Assembly: GCA_039182865.1 (NCBI GenBank)
Contig: JBCDBX010000004.1
Span: forward strand, 1-55,194
Direction of reading: 5' to 3'
Length of the DNA: 55,194 nt
Source: Pseudomonadota bacterium
GTDB taxonomy: Bacteria > Pseudomonadota > Gammaproteobacteria > UBA4575
The notes beneath the pieces are model-generated. The model saw only the letters and a program-made list of their open reading frames with translations, was not told the origin of the DNA and made no database searches. The translations under genes and the position numbers were made by a program. The stretch's first letter is position 1. Every line of letters begins with the position of its first letter. Shown one piece after another: positions 40,886 to 50,456 of this stretch.

Positions 40886-42400
40886 CTAGTTTAAATGAGG
40901 TTGAATGCTTGAGAGCGCCACCGGCCATGGCTTATTTTTCTTAAGGTTTTCCGAGAGTTGTTGAACAGCTTTAACAGCATCTTCACGATTATCATAACGA
41001 CCAACGACGAGTACATAGTATGTGGAGCCATTCACAGGCTTAGAATAATGTGCAAATTCGTTAGTAAGATTCTCAGATTTAATTAGAGACTCCAACTGTT
41101 TGATGTCTTTACTAGCAACAACTTGAAGGGTGTAATTTGAAGCGTCAAGGTTTTTTAACCAATCCTTTCCAAATGTATGGATCTCTTGGGATTTTTTCTC
41201 AGGTGTATTTTCTATTTTATTCTCTTCGGCAGGCTCTTCTATATTTTCAATAGATTCAGCTAGTAAGGTATCGCGCTGGGCATTAGTATCAATGGAGTTG
41301 TTTGCAGATTCATCAACAATAACTTCTTGATCATCGTTATTCTCATGTTTCTCAATAATTTCAGCAATTGGGTCGATGTCTGTGGTGTTATCGATATTCT
41401 CTATTAATAATGTTGATTCGCTTGTGTCATTAGACTGGATGCTTGGTGGTGTTTCTAAAGGAATAACCAGTTCGCTTTGATTATTTTGGTTTGACTTTAT
41501 ATTTGCATATAAAATGACAGCAAGTGTGGCAATTACGAGGACAATAATTAATGCCATCTTCTTATTGGGTTTTAGTTCTTTTGATGGAACAGTTTTTATG
41601 TCGTTAGAAATGACTTGCTCTGAGCCATTTTCCAAGAGATGTGCAGCTTCTAAGTGAATCTGCCTTATATTACCTGAAGTAGATTCGTAAATTGCATTTA
41701 GGTCTTGCTCAGAAAAAGGAGATTCTGATTCTAAACCTGCGGTGGATAAGCGATGCTGAATATAACTTGTGGTCTGATCTTTATTAAGTGGACGAACATC
41801 TATTTGATAAACTTGAGTGCATGCAGGATTAGATTCTTCTAATTCAGTAATTTTAACTTTTAGAGGCGTTTCGCCAGCCATTATGAAGCCCATTCCCATA
41901 GGCAATGCAAGACCAATACGATGCTTTAATGTCAATAATCTATCAAGTGTAGTTGAGTCCAGGTGATGAGCATCATCTATAATTAGAACAGCATGAGGGT
42001 GTTCTCTCAAATAAGAGATGACATAATTCTCAATTGACAAATCAATAACTGGTGATTGCACGCTGGTTGACGAAAGTTCCCAGCGTTGTTTAATTTTATC
42101 TTCAATAAATTCAAAGTTAGTGTCTTTGCGAACACGCACCGTGCAAAATTGATAACGCTGATAACCTAATCTTAAAACTTTTCGTAAGAATGTCGTTTTC
42201 CCAACACCGCGCTCACCCGTTAATATTACGGTGGTAGATGGATTAGTGAGGTACTCCATTATGATGTTTGAAGTCATCTCTAGATGACTGTCTTTGTAAA
42301 GATAGTCATCCCCTGCATGATCTTTGAATGGCTGATCTTTTAAGCCCAACTGGCTTATAGTTTCTTCACTTAGAGAAGTGCTTTTTTTGATCTCATTCAT
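40886..42400 (-). CDS. ExeA-like AAA ATPase, TM helix and SPOR domain protein (DamX-like position)
   Basis: Walker A GERGVGKT (42194..42217), Walker B LIIDDAHHL, TM helix MALIIVLVIATLAVILYANI and an acidic linker. The C-terminal SPOR-like domain reads YTLQVVASKDIKQLESL...YYVLVVGRYDNREDAVKAV. The start overlaps the dGTPase stop (ATGA). Confidence 0.8.
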   Translation of the reverse strand: MNEIKKSTSLSEETISQLGLKDQPFKDHAGDDYLYKDSHLEMTSNIIMEYLTNPSTTVILTGERGVGKTTFLRKVLRLGYQRYQFCTVRVRKDTNFEFIEDKIKQRWELSSTSVQSPVIDLSIENYVISYLREHPHAVLIIDDAHHLDSTTLDRLLTLKHRIGLALPMGMGFIMAGETPLKVKITELEESNPACTQVYQIDVRPLNKDQTTSYIQHRLSTAGLESESPFSEQDLNAIYESTSGNIRQIHLEAAHLLENGSEQVISNDIKTVPSKELKPNKKMALIIVLVIATLAVILYANIKSNQNNQSELVIPLETPPSIQSNDTSESTLLIENIDNTTDIDPIAEIIEKHENNDDQEVIVDESANNSIDTNAQRDTLLAESIENIEEPAEENKIENTPEKKSQEIHTFGKDWLKNLDASNYTLQVVASKDIKQLESLIKSENLTNEFAHYSKPVNGSTYYVLVVGRYDNREDAVKAVQQLSENLKKNKPWPVALSSIQPHLN

Positions 42401-43581
42401 TTATTTTTAACTACTCTTTCATGTTCAATCGCCGCATAACGATCAGTCATACCAGCAATGTAATCTGCGATGACACGCGCATAGCCGTCATCCCCATGTG
42501 AATCTTTTTTGAGTTTTGCTTTTTCGCGGTGATCTTTAGGAAGCAGGTTGGAGTTATATATAAATGCTTCAAAAAGATCTGTAACGATGTTTTTTGCATT
42601 TGTACTCATCATATTGACTTGTTCATGCTGATACAAGTTGGTATGAAGAAATGATTTTAACTCAAGCATTTTTGCTTTTATTACTTGATTAAAAGTAATC
42701 AATGGATGTTTACTCATTCTCACATCTTGAATCGATGATATTTTGCTTTGATTGATATTGCTCTGTGATGTATTTATCAAGTCTGTGACAAGGTGGTTAA
42801 TTATTCTGCGTATGACTTCTTTGGTCTTCCTTCTTTCTGGAATATTAGGAAATTCCTGCTGAACACCTTGGTAATTTTCAAAAAACAATTCAACTTTGTT
42901 CAACTGATCTGTGGTTAATAAACCAGATCTTATCCCATCATCAATATCATGATTATCATAAGCTATTTCATCTGCGATATTAGTTAATTGTGCCTCGAGA
43001 CTAGGTTGTCGGCGATTTATGAAGCGTTGCCCTAATTCGCCCATTTTTCTGGCATTCTTTATAGAACAGTGTTTTAAGATACCCTCTCTTGTTTCAAACA
43101 TTAAATTCAGACCATCGAAATCTGGGTATTTCTCTTCCAGATGATCTACGACACGCAAAGATTGAAAGTTATGTTCAAAGCCTCCGTATTCTTTCATGCA
43201 ATCATGTAATGCATCTTGGCCGGCATGTCCGAATGGAGTGTGTCCTAAATCATGAGCCAGAGAAATGGCTTCTGTTAAATCCTCGTTTAGATTTAGTGCT
43301 CTAGAAATTGAGCGAGCAATTTGTGCTACTTCTAATGAATGCGTCAGACGAGTCCGGTATAAATCACCCTCATGATTAATGAAGACTTGAGTTTTATATT
43401 CTAGTCGTCTGAAAGCAGTGCAATGGATTATTCGGTCTCTATCACGTTGAAACTCGGTTCGTGTTGTTGATTTTTGCGTCTCTTCAAAGACTCGACCATC
43501 AGAGTAATCTTGCTTTGCAGCATATGGAGCTAGATGATTTTCATGTAATAAAAAATGCGCTTGAGGTGAAGTATCTGCCAT
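42397..43581 (-). CDS. dGTP triphosphohydrolase-like HD-domain protein
   Basis: 394 aa with FQRDRDRIIH, RLTHSLEVAQIARS and HDLGHTPFGHAG. Confidence 0.88.
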   Translation of the reverse strand: MADTSPQAHFLLHENHLAPYAAKQDYSDGRVFEETQKSTTRTEFQRDRDRIIHCTAFRRLEYKTQVFINHEGDLYRTRLTHSLEVAQIARSISRALNLNEDLTEAISLAHDLGHTPFGHAGQDALHDCMKEYGGFEHNFQSLRVVDHLEEKYPDFDGLNLMFETREGILKHCSIKNARKMGELGQRFINRRQPSLEAQLTNIADEIAYDNHDIDDGIRSGLLTTDQLNKVELFFENYQGVQQEFPNIPERRKTKEVIRRIINHLVTDLINTSQSNINQSKISSIQDVRMSKHPLITFNQVIKAKMLELKSFLHTNLYQHEQVNMMSTNAKNIVTDLFEAFIYNSNLLPKDHREKAKLKKDSHGDDGYARVIADYIAGMTDRYAAIEHERVVKNK

Positions 43582-43583
43582 GT

Positions 43584-44672
43584 TTATGCGGCTTGTGTTA
43601 ATTCCACCAAAGTACTACTGAGTAAGTCTTTATCAAATTCATTTGTGAGATTAGCTTCACCGATCTTTTTGAGTAATACTAAATTAAGTTTTCCATCCAT
43701 GACTTTCTTATCAACTGACATCAATTCCAAGATGCGTTCAGCAGCTAACTCAGCAGGTAAGCTGGTGGGAAGATTTGCAGCAGATATTAAATTATTAATA
43801 CGCTCTACATCTTGAGATGAAATCCAACCGAGTCTAGCTGAAAACTCTGCAGCGATAGACATTCCACAAGCAACCGCTTCACCGTGTAACCAAACACCAT
43901 ATCCCATACCAGTTTCTATAGCATGTCCGAAAGTATGACCAAGATTTAACAGAGCTCGGCGACCACTTTTTTCTTTCTCATCACTAGCGACTACATCGGC
44001 TTTGCATTGACAGGACTTTTCGATTGCATAAGCAATAAAGTCTGCATCTAATTCCAAAAGTTTAACCATGTTTTTTTCTAACCAGGTAAAGAATTCATAA
44101 TCGGCGAGTAAACCATATTTAATCACTTCAGCTAATCCCGCGCTCAATTCTCTACTGGGTAATGTATGTAGTGTATTTATATCTACGATGACACATTGTG
44201 GTTGATAAAATGCACCAATCATATTTTTACCAAGAGCATGATTTACCCCAGTTTTCCCGCCGACTGAAGAATCGACTTGTGCCAATAAAGTCGTCGGTAT
44301 TTGTATAAAGTTCACGCCTCTTTGGTAACTAGCTGCTGCGAAACCAGTGATATCACCTATCACACCGCCGCCAAGTGCAATTACAGTCACATCGCGAGCA
44401 CATTTGTTTGAAAGCATTTGATCAAAAATATTTTCTAGGGAAGATATATTTTTGAATTGTTCGCCATCCGGCAAAATAATATCTAAAGATTCATTAGGAG
44501 ATAAGGCTAGTTTTAATTGATGTAGATAAAGAGGTGCCACAGTCTCATTACTTATTATAACGACTTGTTTTCCATTGATATGTTTCTTTAACAACTCACC
44601 TTGAGGTAATACATCCATACCTATGTAAATAGGGTATGAGCGTTCTCCCAAGTCGACGGTAAGTATATTCAT
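43584..44672 (-). CDS. aroB: 3-dehydroquinate synthase
   Basis: 362 aa with [21 protein letters not shown] and HTFGHAIE...HGEAVA. Confidence 0.95.
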   Translation of the reverse strand: MNILTVDLGERSYPIYIGMDVLPQGELLKKHINGKQVVIISNETVAPLYLHQLKLALSPNESLDIILPDGEQFKNISSLENIFDQMLSNKCARDVTVIALGGGVIGDITGFAAASYQRGVNFIQIPTTLLAQVDSSVGGKTGVNHALGKNMIGAFYQPQCVIVDINTLHTLPSRELSAGLAEVIKYGLLADYEFFTWLEKNMVKLLELDADFIAYAIEKSCQCKADVVASDEKEKSGRRALLNLGHTFGHAIETGMGYGVWLHGEAVACGMSIAAEFSARLGWISSQDVERINNLISAANLPTSLPAELAAERILELMSVDKKVMDGKLNLVLLKKIGEANLTNEFDKDLLSSTLVELTQAA

Positions 44673-44693
44673 AGTTGAAATAGCTTTTAATTT

Positions 44694-45203
44694 TTAGCGG
44701 TTTAATTGGTTGGTGATTAATTCAATTGACTTAGCAATACTTTGCTGATTAGTGTCTATTGTAATATTGGCTAGAGATTCATACAAAGGATTACGTTTTT
44801 TCGCTAATGCTTGTAGTGTGGAGTGTCGATCATTTGTTTGTAACAAGGGTCGTTTTTTATCATATTTCGTACGACAAACCTGTGTATCTACGGATGCTTT
44901 TAGGTAAATAATAATGCTCTTTTCGGATAATAGCTTTTGATTCTCTTCGGCTAGAACGATACCACCACCAGTTGCGATAACTGCATTATCTTTTTCTAAT
45001 AACTCTACAAGTGCTTTAGATTCGCGACTTCTGAATCCATCTTCACCTTCTAGCTCAAAAATTGTGGATATAGCAACACCTGTTTTTTTCTCAATCATTC
45101 GATCACTGTCAAAAAAAGGTTGCTTTAATTGCTTGGCTAACCGCTTCCCAATAGATGATTTGCCAGCTCCCATTGGACCGATGAGTGATATATTTTTCGT
45201 CAT
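44694..45203 (-). CDS. aroK: shikimate kinase
   Basis: MTKNISLIGPMGAGKSSIGKRLA. The track's 24-codon upstream extension runs through the pilQ terminator hairpin and is rejected. Confidence 0.92.
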   Translation of the reverse strand: MTKNISLIGPMGAGKSSIGKRLAKQLKQPFFDSDRMIEKKTGVAISTIFELEGEDGFRSRESKALVELLEKDNAVIATGGGIVLAEENQKLLSEKSIIIYLKASVDTQVCRTKYDKKRPLLQTNDRHSTLQALAKKRNPLYESLANITIDTNQQSIAKSIELITNQLNR

Positions 45204-45238
45204 TAGACAGTGAGAATAGTCTTTTATGTATTGTAAAC

Positions 45239-45266
45239 AAAAAGCCCCGCTTATGCGGGGCTTTTT
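45239..45266 (-). terminator. rho-independent terminator or attenuator after pilQ
   Basis: The minus-strand RNA reads AAAAAGCCCCGC-AUAA-GCGGGGCUUUUUGUUU, about 25 nt after the pilQ stop. Confidence 0.7.
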
Positions 45267-45291
45267 GAAAAACATGTCTAATTCGATGAGG

Positions 45292-47487
45292 TTATCGAGT
45301 GAGATTTAATTCTTCATCAATGATCTTAGGTGTGATGAATATTAACAGTTCAGATTTATCATAGTTGATACTTTCTCGTCTAAATAAACGACCTGCTACA
45401 GGTAGATCTCCAAAAAAAGGAACTTTAACTTCTGACTCAGAGGAATTTTCTGTGTAAATTCCACCAAGTACAACCGTCTGACCATTATCAACCAGCACAT
45501 TAGATTCAATCTCGTTTGTGTCAATAGACGGTGTGCCATCGACTGTAAGCTCGCCAACTGTGTCATTGGTAACATTAACCTGCATATTAATACGATCATC
45601 TGGTGTTATTTGAGGCGTGACCTCTAATGAAAGCACAGCTTTCTTGAATTCCACATCGGTTGCACCACTAGAAGTGGCCGATTGGAAAGGTATTTCAGTA
45701 CCCGACTCAATGCGCGCGGTACTTTGATTTGCGGTTATCACTCTTGGGTTAGACACAATTTCTGCACGACTCTCTGCTTGTGCTGCAGATAGTTCTAAAT
45801 TTAACGAATAGCCAAAAGGTAGTTTGATAAATGAAAATGCGAATTGTCCACCAGATGTTCCATCAGAAGGAATGGGTAAATTAACATTCAAAGTATCATC
45901 AAGAGGAATGGCATCAGGTGTCCCGGCTCTAATCGGTTCTAAGAAGCCTAAGTTACCACCAACTACTTCACCTTTTCCATCCGCATCCTGTAAATCTTGG
46001 TTGACATTAAATACACCGAATCTTGCGCCTAGATCTTTACTGAAGTCGTCATTTGCATTAACGATGCGTGTTTCAATCAATACTTGTTTCACTGCAATAT
46101 CAAGTCTCTCAATTAATCGACGAATCTCGCCAAGTTTTTGTGCCGTGTCTTGCACTAAAAGTGTATTCGTCCGTTGATCAACACTAACTTGACCCCGGGT
46201 TGATAGTAATGTGTTGTCACCATCTTTGAGCAACTCGGCTAAATCTGTTGCACTGGCATAATTAATTTGAATAAATTCAGAACGTAAAGGAGCAAGCTCT
46301 TCAACTTGCTGTTGAGATTCAAGTTCTAATTTTTCACGCGCTGCAATTTCTTCACTAGGCGCAATGTACAAAACATTGCCATTCTCGCGCATATCCAAGC
46401 CTTTTGTTCTAAGAATGATATCTAACGCCTGATCCCAAGGGACATTCTTTAGTCGCAAAGTTAATGAGCCACCTACAGAATCACTGACGACTAGATTCAA
46501 GCCAGTGAAGTCCGCGATTAGTTGTAGTACTGATCTAACTTCAATATTCTGGAAATTTAGAGATAAACGCTCTCCATCATAAGTTTCTCTGCGTCGGGTT
46601 TGTATGATTTCCTCTGGTATCTTTTGCACTTCAAGAATGTAAAGATTATTTGTCTGATAAGCTAAGTGCTCATATTCAATATCAGTATTTGGAAGTACTG
46701 TAATTTGAACATCAGGGCCATCGGATCTCGCTTCAAATGAATTAATTGGTGTTGCAAAGTCAGTTACATCAAATCTTTTTTGAAGATCAGCAGCTAATGT
46801 TGAGTCACTAAAATTCAAGATAATTCTTCCGCCTTGTTCAACTAGGGTAACAGGTGTACTAGAATCAGTAAGGCTCACCATGATGCGTCCCGTATCACCA
46901 TCTCCGCGTCTGAAATCGATTAAATCGATATTATTCGTTCCAGTCGAAGGTGACGATATTTGTGCTGACTGCGGTGCCTCTTGTTGCAACTTTCTTGCAA
47001 CAGTCGCAGTTGCATCGCCTATTGTTAGTATGTAGTTATTTCCTTGTTGTATGACTTGATACTCTTGAAGTAAATCAAGGTTTACTACAATGCGTGTTCT
47101 GTCTTTAGATTGAATAGCATTCACGGTTTTAGTGGGCCCGATATTGATATCTTGAAATCGGTCTTTAACAGCAAGCTCTGTATTAGCGAAATCCAGTGCG
47201 ATGCGTGCTGGATTGTCGGTGGTAAATGCTAGCGGTTCAGTTGGTGCTGAACTAAACTCTAACGTAATTTCAACTTGATCATCAGGTAATGCTGCGATCG
47301 ATATGTCATTTAATTTATTTTCTGCGTGTGCATTTAATGAAAAGATCAATGCGCAAAAAAATATCGAAAGTAAATTTATTATGCATTTTAAAGATGATTT
47401 ACTAAAAAATAAGTAATCTTTTTCCATAGTACTTACCACTAGATTTTGGTTTGTATGAGTTTTAGTATTTGTATTAAAAGCTTTCAT
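45292..47487 (-). CDS. pilQ: type IV pilus secretin PilQ
   Basis: Two AMIN-like N-terminal repeats, N0/N1 domains, and a C-terminal secretin core (VLVDNGQTVVLGGI...VPFFGDLPVAGRLFR...ELLIFITPKI). The start codon overlaps the pilP stop (TAATG). The alternative start is 47427. Confidence 0.93.
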   Translation of the reverse strand: MKAFNTNTKTHTNQNLVVSTMEKDYLFFSKSSLKCIINLLSIFFCALIFSLNAHAENKLNDISIAALPDDQVEITLEFSSAPTEPLAFTTDNPARIALDFANTELAVKDRFQDINIGPTKTVNAIQSKDRTRIVVNLDLLQEYQVIQQGNNYILTIGDATATVARKLQQEAPQSAQISSPSTGTNNIDLIDFRRGDGDTGRIMVSLTDSSTPVTLVEQGGRIILNFSDSTLAADLQKRFDVTDFATPINSFEARSDGPDVQITVLPNTDIEYEHLAYQTNNLYILEVQKIPEEIIQTRRRETYDGERLSLNFQNIEVRSVLQLIADFTGLNLVVSDSVGGSLTLRLKNVPWDQALDIILRTKGLDMRENGNVLYIAPSEEIAAREKLELESQQQVEELAPLRSEFIQINYASATDLAELLKDGDNTLLSTRGQVSVDQRTNTLLVQDTAQKLGEIRRLIERLDIAVKQVLIETRIVNANDDFSKDLGARFGVFNVNQDLQDADGKGEVVGGNLGFLEPIRAGTPDAIPLDDTLNVNLPIPSDGTSGGQFAFSFIKLPFGYSLNLELSAAQAESRAEIVSNPRVITANQSTARIESGTEIPFQSATSSGATDVEFKKAVLSLEVTPQITPDDRINMQVNVTNDTVGELTVDGTPSIDTNEIESNVLVDNGQTVVLGGIYTENSSESEVKVPFFGDLPVAGRLFRRESINYDKSELLIFITPKIIDEELNLTR

Positions 47488-48056
47488 TATTGGTCACTTA
47501 GTGCAATAGTTGCATCGCGTTCTTCCCAGCCACCAAAGTTGTCTGGGATAATTTCAACGAGTTGAATTGCATCGCTATTAACAGAAACTATCTTTCCATT
47601 ATTTTGGCCTAGGTAATTCCCGGACAATACTTTTTGAATAGTTTTGTCTGGTGTTTGTATCAGTGCCCATGTTTGATTGTCTTGCGCAATAGTTCCAACC
47701 ATGCGTAACGTATCTAATGGGAAACTTTCGAGATATTCCGGGACACGATTACGGTCTGGGGTAATTGAAGAATTTGATGTTTGCTGCGAGTTAACACCAA
47801 TTTTTGGTCGGAATATACTGCTATCGAAAGGATCGCGTTTATTAGAAGCATTATAGATGAATGCCTTATATGGAATTACTTCAGGCAAAGGCTCAACACC
47901 TTTTTGCGGCCTGGCTTTAACTTCTTCGGCCCACTGCTGCAAATCGGAAGTATTGTCTGCGCAGGCCGATACTAAAATAGATAAAACAAGACATGTAAAA
48001 ACATGCACCTTGTTGAATGAGTTTAATTTTTTAGAATGCTTATCTAACTTATCCAT
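47487..48056 (-). CDS. pilP: type IV pilus assembly lipoprotein PilP
   Basis: Lipobox LVSAC, about 190 aa, positioned between pilO and pilQ. Confidence 0.8.
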   Translation of the reverse strand: MDKLDKHSKKLNSFNKVHVFTCLVLSILVSACADNTSDLQQWAEEVKARPQKGVEPLPEVIPYKAFIYNASNKRDPFDSSIFRPKIGVNSQQTSNSSITPDRNRVPEYLESFPLDTLRMVGTIAQDNQTWALIQTPDKTIQKVLSGNYLGQNNGKIVSVNSDAIQLVEIIPDNFGGWEERDATIALSDQ

Positions 48057-48064
48057 GTTGAACC

Positions 48065-48655
48065 CTATTCTTCCTCAGAATCGCTGAGATAACGATAAGT
48101 TTTTGCTAAGGCATTCATTGTCATTTGTTGCCCCTCTTTGCTGGGCGACAAATTTATATTATGCATAGTTACTATTCTTGGCAGTGCTGCTACCTCGCTA
48201 GCAAACATCCCAAATTGATGGTAATCACCTTGTAGAGTGAGCTGTATGGGCTTTTCTGCATAGAACTCTCTTGTAACCTCATCGCCCGGTTTGAATAGTT
48301 TGACTTCCAATCCACTTGATAGTGCTGTTTGAGAAATATCGACGATTAATGCGGGGATCTCAGTCTCACTAGGCAGCTGGCGTAGTAGTGTTCCAAATGT
48401 ACGACGCATTTCTTCAAGTTGATCCTTGTATTCTTCAAGATTTGCAGCTTTTGCAACTTTTATTTCAAAAGTTCTTCTTAATTCAGTTTCTTTGGCTTGG
48501 GATTTTTCATATCTTACAAGCTGATTTTTTGTATCAAAATAATACCCCAACCCAACAATGCCAACTGCCAAAATTACTATGATTATTAATTTAAAAAATA
48601 AAGGAGCAGTTCCAATATTATTGATATCAAAATTATTGAGGTCAGATAAATTCAT
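48065..48655 (-). CDS. pilO: type IV pilus assembly protein PilO
   Basis: 196 aa with an N-terminal TM helix and coiled coil; typical size and position. Confidence 0.85.
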   Translation of the reverse strand: MNLSDLNNFDINNIGTAPLFFKLIIIVILAVGIVGLGYYFDTKNQLVRYEKSQAKETELRRTFEIKVAKAANLEEYKDQLEEMRRTFGTLLRQLPSETEIPALIVDISQTALSSGLEVKLFKPGDEVTREFYAEKPIQLTLQGDYHQFGMFASEVAALPRIVTMHNINLSPSKEGQQMTMNALAKTYRYLSDSEEE

Positions 48656-48661
48656 AATAAT

Positions 48662-49225
48662 TTACTCTTCCTTCTCGTCACTGCCTGGTGTGGTTTGGTC
48701 AAGAGTTAAAGAAAATTTGCTTAAGCGAAGTCCATTATTCTCCTCTGTAGATATCACGCCAAGCTTAGGTTGTTTTAGCCACTCAGACTCTTCGATATTG
48801 CGCATATATGAAGATACGCGAGCATTTGATTCTGCATCACCTTTAATCTGAATTTTATCGTTGTTTTGCGTTAGACTTGTTAAGTAAACATTTTCTGGTA
48901 GGGTGGTAACGACCTCATCAAATAAATGAACAATGCTGGGTCGCGTGGCTTGCAAGTTTTGAATAACTTCCATACGTTCGATTAAGGCGCGTCGGGTAGC
49001 ATCTAATTTTTGAATTTCTTTAATTCTTTCATCAAGAATAACAATTTCATTTTCTAGGAATTTATTGCGACGTTCTTGTCCATCAATCATACGTTCTACT
49101 TGAAAGTGAATGACTAGCACCGCCAGGACAGCAACAGCAGCACCTGCACCAAGCATAGTAAAGAATTCTTGTTGCTTTTCTTTGCGTAGTGTCTCGCGCC
49201 AAGGAAGTAAATTGATTTTAGCCAT
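48662..49225 (-). CDS. pilN: type IV pilus assembly protein PilN
   Basis: The conserved N-terminus INLLPWRE is followed by a TM helix. Confidence 0.87.
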   Translation of the reverse strand: MAKINLLPWRETLRKEKQQEFFTMLGAGAAVAVLAVLVIHFQVERMIDGQERRNKFLENEIVILDERIKEIQKLDATRRALIERMEVIQNLQATRPSIVHLFDEVVTTLPENVYLTSLTQNNDKIQIKGDAESNARVSSYMRNIEESEWLKQPKLGVISTEENNGLRLSKFSLTLDQTTPGSDEKEE

Positions 49226-49227
49226 AC

Positions 49228-50289
49228 TTAATCAAAAGCCCTTAATGCAAGTCCGCTCGAGATTAATAACGCAGGCGCATCATTACCTAGGGATTGCGGA
49301 TTAATCTTTGAACCAAGCGAAATATGTTTGAATGGGTTTGCTATTGATACACTAATACCTAATTCTTTATGAATAATTTCATCAAGTCCTGGAATAGATG
49401 CACATCCACCTGCTAGAACAATATGATCGACGGAAGAATGTTGGCTAGCAGAATAAAAGAATTGTAAGAATCGATTTGCTTGCTGAGCAGCAGTTTTTTT
49501 AAATGGCTCGAGTAAGTCGGTGACATAATTGTCAGGTAAACCACCTTCTTTTTTCGCTAGGCCAGCTTCTTCGAAGGTAAGACCATACTGGTGCATGATT
49601 TCTTCAGTAAGTTGTTTGCCACCAAATGGTTGTTCTCGTGTATAAACCATACTGCCATTCTGCATGACATTCAGGCTGGTCATGGTTGACCCAATATCTA
49701 AGATCCCAACAGTTTTATCATTATCTTGTTGAGGAATATCCTCTGATAGAAGTGGATAAATATTTTCAATCGCATAGGCTTCAACATCAACAACGATAGG
49801 GGTTATTCCTGCAACTTCTGCAGCAGCGACTCGCATTTCTACGTTCTCACTTCTTGAAGCTGCTAGAAGTACGTCGACGGTATCTGGGTTACCATCGGTA
49901 GGTCCAAGTACATTAAAGTCTAAGTTGACTTCTTCAAGAGCATAAGGAATATATTGGTCAGCCTCAATCTGAATCTGCGCTTCCATATCCTGATCAGTAA
50001 GTGAGGAAGGCATAGTGATAACTTTAGAAATAACAGCGGAGCCTGCAACTGCAAGCGAACACTTTTTTGCTTTCGATCCTGCTTTCTTGACAGCTTTTCT
50101 GATAGAGTCGCCCACCGCGTCTACATCTGAGATAACTTTTTCAGTGATACTGTTGGCAGGTAAGGGTTCTACACCGTAGTGTTCCACACGGTAGCCAGAG
50201 CCACTATTTGACAGCTCTATGATTTTGATGGATGTCGAACTAATGTCGATACCAATAACTGGGCTTTTGCGTGATGAAAATTGCAGCAC
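49228..50289 (-). CDS. pilM: type IV pilus assembly ATPase-fold protein PilM
   Basis: Actin-like fold motifs IGIDISSTSIK, LDIGSTMT and VLAGGCASIPGL. Confidence 0.93.
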   Translation of the reverse strand: MLQFSSRKSPVIGIDISSTSIKIIELSNSGSGYRVEHYGVEPLPANSITEKVISDVDAVGDSIRKAVKKAGSKAKKCSLAVAGSAVISKVITMPSSLTDQDMEAQIQIEADQYIPYALEEVNLDFNVLGPTDGNPDTVDVLLAASRSENVEMRVAAAEVAGITPIVVDVEAYAIENIYPLLSEDIPQQDNDKTVGILDIGSTMTSLNVMQNGSMVYTREQPFGGKQLTEEIMHQYGLTFEEAGLAKKEGGLPDNYVTDLLEPFKKTAAQQANRFLQFFYSASQHSSVDHIVLAGGCASIPGLDEIIHKELGISVSIANPFKHISLGSKINPQSLGNDAPALLISSGLALRAFD

Positions 50290-50456
50290 TTTATTAAATT
50301 CCGTGAGTTATTTTACCAAATTAGATTCTTATTTAAATTATATGTCGAACTCTCTATCAACGTGTAAGTTTTTTCAAATTGAATTTCAGGCGAACTCTTA
50401 CTTTACTTTCCTGCCTTACACTCGTAACTTACAGATCTGCTAACCATTTTAATTAT

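Noticed and set aside
42397-43581. The dGTPase-like HD protein as a possible anti-phage dNTP-depletion defence gene.
   Set aside because: It is embedded in, and translationally coupled within, a housekeeping aroK-aroB operon. It has normal composition and no neighbouring defence or mobile genes. A housekeeping Dgt-type role is more parsimonious.
44694-45275. N-terminal extensions suggested by the ORF track for aroK (to 45275), smg (to 8553), tsaC (to 5672), aroE (to 3170), the porin (to 30722), hisH (from 22942), ponA (from 50379) and the methyltransferase (from 19378).
   Set aside because: The extensions run through a terminator hairpin, an SD sequence or the neighbouring gene, or start at TTG. 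Family N-termini match the internal ATG or GTG starts used in the feature list.
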